From Candidatus Multivoradales bacterium (GTDB lineage: Bacteria; Acidobacteriota; Thermoanaerobaculia; Multivoradales; JAHEKO01), in NCBI GenBank assembly GCA_965248055.1, contig CBDFIJ010000004.1, positions 960,001 to 1,024,000 on the forward strand: a stretch of DNA of 64,000 bases. The letters are read 5' to 3'. The notes beneath the pieces are model-generated. The model ran no database searches and was not told where the DNA came from. It saw only the letters and a list, made by a program, of their open reading frames with translations. The position numbers and the translations under genes are program-made. This document shows, piece by piece, positions 59,842-64,000 of this stretch. Position 1 is the stretch's first letter. The number at the start of each line of letters is the position of its first letter.

Positions 59842-60045
59842 TCTGGCATGCCCCCCTCAGCGGTCAAGGATATCTCTTGTCGGTCGTCATCGGAACCAGA
59901 CCTCAGGAATGCAACCGCGATGGGGTCACAGGCAGGTGGATTGAGATAGATACCGGCCCTCCTCCCTAACCCCCGCCGGGATGACATAGAAGAGGCTTCT
60001 CCGCCGGGATGCCCCGAGGGGAGTCCCGACGATGGTCATACCGGT

Positions 60046-60180
60046 CTGAGGCACTTCAACGTGTCGTTCCACACTGAGACACTTCATCGTGTTGTCCCAT
60101 CCTGAGACACTTAATCGTGTCGTCCCACACTGAGGCACTTCAGCGCGTCATCCCACGCCGTGGAACATCAACGCGTCGTC
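60046..60180. repeat. Intergenic 28-bp tandem repeat, four copies plus one degenerate
   Basis: Units start at 60046, 60074, 60102, 60130, 60158; approximate consensus CTGAGRCACTTCANCGTGTCGTCCCACA; no spacers. Confidence 0.9.
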
Positions 60181-60195
60181 TCCTTCAGTACTTCC

Positions 60196-60320
60196 TCGTC
60201 ATCCTCGTAGGGTGGGGGTTTTGGGGATCGAGGATCTCCAACAGCGTCAGCGACCCACAGCCAGTATCTGGACGGCCACCGAATCCCGTCCCCCCTCCCT
60301 AACCCCCGCCGGGATGACGA
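60196..60320. repeat. REP/MITE-like imperfect palindrome; its 3' arm recurs at 59961-59985
   Basis: TCGTCATCC...GGATGACGA ends; CCTCCCTAACCCCCGCCGGGATGAC present twice. Confidence 0.65.
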
Positions 60321-60465
60321 TGGGTGGAATCTCCTCTGCCTCTTGTTCAGAGGCGGTCCTGCTGTTGTCTGGTGACGAAAAAAGTGTCCCCGCTGGAACG
60401 AAGGGGAGGAAGCTGAAGTTCGGCTGTTGTCTTATCGAGAGAACAAGACCCTAACCGCGGCAACC

Positions 60466-60735
60466 CTAAGTCAGATCAACCGAGTCAACAATCCCCACCA
60501 CCATGGTGCGGATCGGTGCGGTGTCATCAAGCATAATCTGGCGAGAGGAGTTACCCTCGTCCAAGATCAGCACCACTTGATCGACGCCCGCGCCCACCGC
60601 GTCGATCGCCAAGGTGTAGTCGCCCTCGGGTTGCAAATTGGGGCTCAGCCACTGGCAGATCAACAAGCGCATACCATCGCGAACCGGATGATGGATGGTT
60701 GAGACCACGGTCCCGGTGACCCGAGCGATCTTCAT
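60466..60735 (-). CDS. BMC-P pentamer shell protein (EutN/CcmL)
   Basis: MKIARVTGTVVST..AIDAVGAG..VVGIVD. Confidence 0.93.
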   Translation of the reverse strand: MKIARVTGTVVSTIHHPVRDGMRLLICQWLSPNLQPEGDYTLAIDAVGAGVDQVVLILDEGNSSRQIMLDDTAPIRTMVVGIVDSVDLT

Positions 60736-61013
60736 GCCGTGCGATCCGGATGCTCGATCTGATCGACCAGGCCGACAATCGCGTGATCGACCGGCACGAA
60801 CCAGGGGTCCATCGCCACCGCAGCTTCTCTGCTAGCAACGTAGTAAATCTCTTGACCGACGCCGGCTTGGCCGGTGGCGTCGGCGGCGACGATTGCCGAC
60901 CCGTTCGGTGACCCATCCTCGGCCAGCGGGCTGACAAGTAGCAACCGCATTCCGTCCATGCTTGAGACGCGCATCGTTGCCACTACGCTGCCGGTTACCA
61001 TCCCCAAATGCAC
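60732..61013 (-). CDS. BMC-P pentamer shell protein (EutN/CcmL)
   Basis: (M)HLGMVTGSVVAT..VAADA..AGVG..PVDHAIVGLVD; GTG start 61013. Confidence 0.92.
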   Translation of the reverse strand: MHLGMVTGSVVATMRVSSMDGMRLLLVSPLAEDGSPNGSAIVAADATGQAGVGQEIYYVASREAAVAMDPWFVPVDHAIVGLVDQIEHPDRTA

Positions 61014-61615
61014 TAGTCGGGGCTCCCAACCGAGTCGGTATTGATCCGAGAGTGAAACAACGGTGCCTGCTCTAGGTTGCGCCAAACGTCCTCGCCGAGC
61101 TGGGCGATCAGTCGCTGCTCCAACACCACTTCTGGGTGAGCCAGGGACCCGACTCCGGCCTCCATCGCCGCTTGAACCTCATGCAGAACGCCAGAGAACA
61201 GCAAGTAGCCCTTGCCTCCAAGGCCGTCGGCCATGCGTAGCGTCGCGATCGAGACCTCTGCCCCTTTGACGCCCGCATCGGCAACTTGCAGCAGGCCGGC
61301 GACGGTTTTTGTCTCGACGATCCCCAAAGCTTCACCCGAACGCTGATCGGTCTCCGTCAGAGCTTTCACCACCGCAGGATGAACGTCCGGCAATAATACG
61401 CAGTCCAAGGGTTGAGCTAGGCCGATGGCGGCACTGCGGGCCTCGTCAACCGGTCCTACCTCGCCAGCCGCCAGGATCAAGAATCGCCCGGGTTGGACTG
61501 TTCCCAGCCGCAAGTCTCCAAGTGGCGCTCGCTTGGCCATGGCGTCCGCGGCGGTGATGCCAACCGCGATCGATTGGTACTCCATCAGCAGGATGGCTGG
61601 ATAATTTTGCGACAT
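61013..61615 (-). CDS. BMC-T tandem-domain shell protein
   Basis: SIAVGI.AADAMAK..GRFL..GEVG.V and ALGIVET..ADAGVKGA..GLGGKG. Confidence 0.9.
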   Translation of the reverse strand: MSQNYPAILLMEYQSIAVGITAADAMAKRAPLGDLRLGTVQPGRFLILAAGEVGPVDEARSAAIGLAQPLDCVLLPDVHPAVVKALTETDQRSGEALGIVETKTVAGLLQVADAGVKGAEVSIATLRMADGLGGKGYLLFSGVLHEVQAAMEAGVGSLAHPEVVLEQRLIAQLGEDVWRNLEQAPLFHSRINTDSVGSPD

Positions 61616-63108
61616 TAGACGATGCGCAGGCTGCCGACCACCGTCAGCCTACGGATGCGTGAGAAAGTGCGCGGTCGAGACAGGCCTTCCCCAGTTGGTG
61701 TGGCGATCGAGAACGAGGAGAAGCCCTCGCCCATTTGACCCAGGCCGGCGAAGTTGGAGCAGTTGGCGACGAAAATTGAGCAGTTCATGCGCCGCGCCAT
61801 CTCGGTAATCACGTCGACGTTGCGTGAATAGACCGAGGCGGTGTGGCGAAACCCGTGTTCCGCGGTCACCGAGAGCTGAATGCCTTCCTCCACGTCTCTC
61901 ACCCTTACCACCGGCAGCACCGGCATCATCTGTTCGGTCCAGACCAAAGAGTGCTCGCGCGGGACTTCTGCCACCACCAGCCGAATCTCATCGCCAGCAC
62001 TAACGCCGATTTCAGCCAAAATCTTGGCCGCGTCTTGACCCACCCATTTGCGATTAATCCTGCCGGGCTTGCCGGCGGGGCCTAGCTCCTCAAAGATCGC
62101 CCGTTCCAGCTTGCGCAACTCGTGGTCGCGCAGCACTTGCGCTCCATTGGCGGCCATCGCCTTGACCAAATCGTCGGCCACCGCGTCGACCACAAAAACT
62201 TCCTTCTCGTCGGTGCAGACCATGTTGTTGTCAAAAGATGCGCCTTGAACGATCGAGCGCCCAGCGTGGGAAATGTCCGCGCTGTCGTCGACCAGCACCG
62301 GTGGATTTCCAGGGCCTGCGGTAATCGCTCGCTTGTCCGTCTTGAGTGCTTCCTTAACCACCCCTGGCCCTCCGGTGACCAGCAACAGGCGGATCTTGGG
62401 GTGCGACATCAGGTCTTGTGCTGACTCGATGGTCGGTTCGGCGATACAGGTCGCCAAAGTCTTGGGCCCTCCTGCCTCAGCGATCGCTTCATTGAGCATG
62501 CCGACGTTCTCGGCGGAAACTCGTTGCGCACCCGGGTGGGCATTGAACACCACCGAGTTGCCGGCGGCCACCATGGCAATGGTGTTGTTGATCACCGTCG
62601 AGGTTGGGTTGGTGGTTGGAGTGATCGATCCAATGACGCCAAAAGGGGCGTACTCGGTGAGCATCTGCCCGTGGTCCCCGGTGACCACCTGCGGTTCCAA
62701 GTCTTCCGGGCCGGGGGTCTTGGTGGTGACTAAGCGATTCTTAAGGATCTTGTCGGCAATGCGGCCCAAGCCGGTTTCAGCGTGGGCTGCGCGTGCCAGA
62801 TACTCACCTTGCTCCAGCATCCGCGCCCGCATCGCCTCGACCACCCGAAACCTACGATCCAGGCCCATCGCGGCAAAGCTTTTCTGTGCCTCGAAGGCAG
62901 CGTCTACCGCTTCATCAACGGTGGCGAAAGCGCCGAGAGGATAGGCATCGCGCGATGAACGCCCAGCCTGGTTCTTGGGTTGGCTCTGGGCTTGGCCCTG
63001 GCGGGTAGGAGAAACCGGAGGTGCCACGCGAGGCGCACCAGCGGCGAACCGCTCCCGCACCCGGCTGATCACCGCCTGTACGTCACCGTCAGCGCGCGCC
63101 GCAGCCAC
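61615..63108 (-). CDS. CoA-acylating aldehyde dehydrogenase (EutE/PduP family) with probable N-terminal encapsulation peptide
   Basis: ETGLGR..DK..KN, TPTTNPT, TGGPGVV, AGPGNPP, SFDNN..C..EKE, ATPTGEG; N-terminal amphipathic helix VQAVISRVRERF plus linker. Confidence 0.93.
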   Translation of the reverse strand: MAAARADGDVQAVISRVRERFAAGAPRVAPPVSPTRQGQAQSQPKNQAGRSSRDAYPLGAFATVDEAVDAAFEAQKSFAAMGLDRRFRVVEAMRARMLEQGEYLARAAHAETGLGRIADKILKNRLVTTKTPGPEDLEPQVVTGDHGQMLTEYAPFGVIGSITPTTNPTSTVINNTIAMVAAGNSVVFNAHPGAQRVSAENVGMLNEAIAEAGGPKTLATCIAEPTIESAQDLMSHPKIRLLLVTGGPGVVKEALKTDKRAITAGPGNPPVLVDDSADISHAGRSIVQGASFDNNMVCTDEKEVFVVDAVADDLVKAMAANGAQVLRDHELRKLERAIFEELGPAGKPGRINRKWVGQDAAKILAEIGVSAGDEIRLVVAEVPREHSLVWTEQMMPVLPVVRVRDVEEGIQLSVTAEHGFRHTASVYSRNVDVITEMARRMNCSIFVANCSNFAGLGQMGEGFSSFSIATPTGEGLSRPRTFSRIRRLTVVGSLRIV

Positions 63109-63196
63109 TAGCTAGCTCCCCGAGCCCAAGCCGCAGACCCACCAAGTCGTGACCTGAATCGCGACCCGGCACCGGGTCTTGGACAGCTTGGCCCCA

Positions 63197-63493
63197 TTAG
63201 CCGTCGCCCTTGCGGTAGACCTCACGCCCCTCGACGTCCCAACTGTCGACAATCGCCATAATCACCGCATCGCAGGGGCGATCTTGGGTGGCCACCGTCT
63301 GCCGCGCCGAGCTGCCAGTGGCATAGAGCACCACTTCGCCCTCGCCCGCACCCACCGCGTCCACCGCGACCACGTAGCCACCGGTAGTTTTGGCTCGGTC
63401 GTCGAGTTGTTCGACCACCATGAACTTGAATCCAGCCACTCCGGGGTCTTTCTGGCTTGCCACCAGATTACCGACCACCTTGCCAAGCAGCAT
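63197..63493 (-). CDS. BMC-P pentamer shell protein (EutN/CcmL)
   Basis: MLLGKVVGNLVASQK..VAVDAVGAGEGE..GSSAR..DAVIMAIVD. Confidence 0.95.
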   Translation of the reverse strand: MLLGKVVGNLVASQKDPGVAGFKFMVVEQLDDRAKTTGGYVVAVDAVGAGEGEVVLYATGSSARQTVATQDRPCDAVIMAIVDSWDVEGREVYRKGDG

Positions 63494-63496
63494 CGA

Positions 63497-63787
63497 CTAG
63501 CTCTTTTTGGGCGCGCGACCCAATGGCAACGCCGCGTCGACGTTGTTGTGCGGACGAGCGATCACATGAGTGGAGACCACTTCACCGACTTTTTCGGCTC
63601 CGCGTACCCCTGCCTCAACCGCTGCTTTCACCGCGGCAACGTCGCCCCGCACCACGGCAGTGACGTAGCCACCGCCGGTCTTTTCATAACCCACCAAGTC
63701 AACCTTGGCCGCCTTCACCATCGCGTCGGCGGCTTCGACCATGGCGGAAAAACCCCGCGTCTCGATCATTCCCAGTGCTTCAGCCAT
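63497..63787 (-). CDS. BMC-H hexamer shell protein (EutM/PduA/CcmK)
   Basis: [35 protein letters not shown]; AAGGAG RBS. Confidence 0.96.
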   Translation of the reverse strand: MAEALGMIETRGFSAMVEAADAMVKAAKVDLVGYEKTGGGYVTAVVRGDVAAVKAAVEAGVRGAEKVGEVVSTHVIARPHNNVDAALPLGRAPKKS

Positions 63788-63895
63788 ACTCTTCTCCTTC
63801 GCCCTCAGGCGATTGTCCATTTCTTGTTAATAGCTCTCTTTACAAACTGCATTGACTGCTTTGCTTCCACTTGGCCCTTCTAACTAGCCCTGCGT

Positions 63896-64000
63896 CTAGT
63901 CGACCTTGCGTCCGTCGATCCCATCCAGGGCCGCAACTGCTGCCCGCCAACCGACGTCAATATCTCTCTCTTCACCGCCCAGGTAGACCCGGCCGAAAGA
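63896..64000 (-). CDS. C-terminal end of a probable circularly permuted BMC-T (CcmP/CsoS1D-like) shell protein, truncated by window
   Basis: Translates [34 protein letters not shown]. Confidence 0.65.
   Translation of the reverse strand, partial: SFGRVYLGGEERDIDVGWRAAVAALDGIDGRKVD

Noticed and set aside
60046-60180. 28-bp repeats as a CRISPR array
   Set aside because: Units are contiguous with no unique spacers, and there are no cas genes in the window.
63179-63883. 234-aa plus-strand ORF
   Set aside because: Antisense to well-supported BMC shell genes.

Overview
GC-rich bacterial chromosomal window, most likely Acidobacteriota (inferred from the GWxTD, CRTAC1/ASPIC-UnbV, multiheme-TPR and Ser/Thr kinase gene types). 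It is mostly housekeeping and envelope genes (ugd, UDP-glucuronate decarboxylase, folE, rlmD-like, pyrE, apaH, lemA/TPM, mscS, rpsN, rpmE2, Gld-like ABC, K+ channel, pncB-nadE, dinB, fumC, carAB, aroF, mce). The best candidate for a new system is a compact three-gene RiPP-like island at 17.2-18.9 kb. It encodes a 143-aa precursor ending in a duplicated Trp-rich core (WRAQWAHN-S-WVAQWAQN-TGT, four W-x-x-[Q/N] units), a stand-alone PqqD/RRE protein and a radical SAM enzyme with a short Twitch-like C-terminus. A frameshifted IS481-family element with a visible target-site duplication sits just upstream. Other notable items: an Rdx/SelW selenoprotein (CxxU plus SECIS-like hairpin) missed by the ORF track; two tiny ORFs with their own sigma70-like promoters and RBS (a 51-aa Cys/His peptide and a 26-aa peptide behind a MacAB-type exporter); an archaeal type II GAPDH-like gene; a vapBC pair between duplicated decayed kinase 5' ends; a 28-bp tandem repeat; and a Haliangium-type bacterial microcompartment locus running off the right edge. 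No rRNA, tRNA or CRISPR array was seen. All family assignments come from motif recognition by eye, not from database searches.
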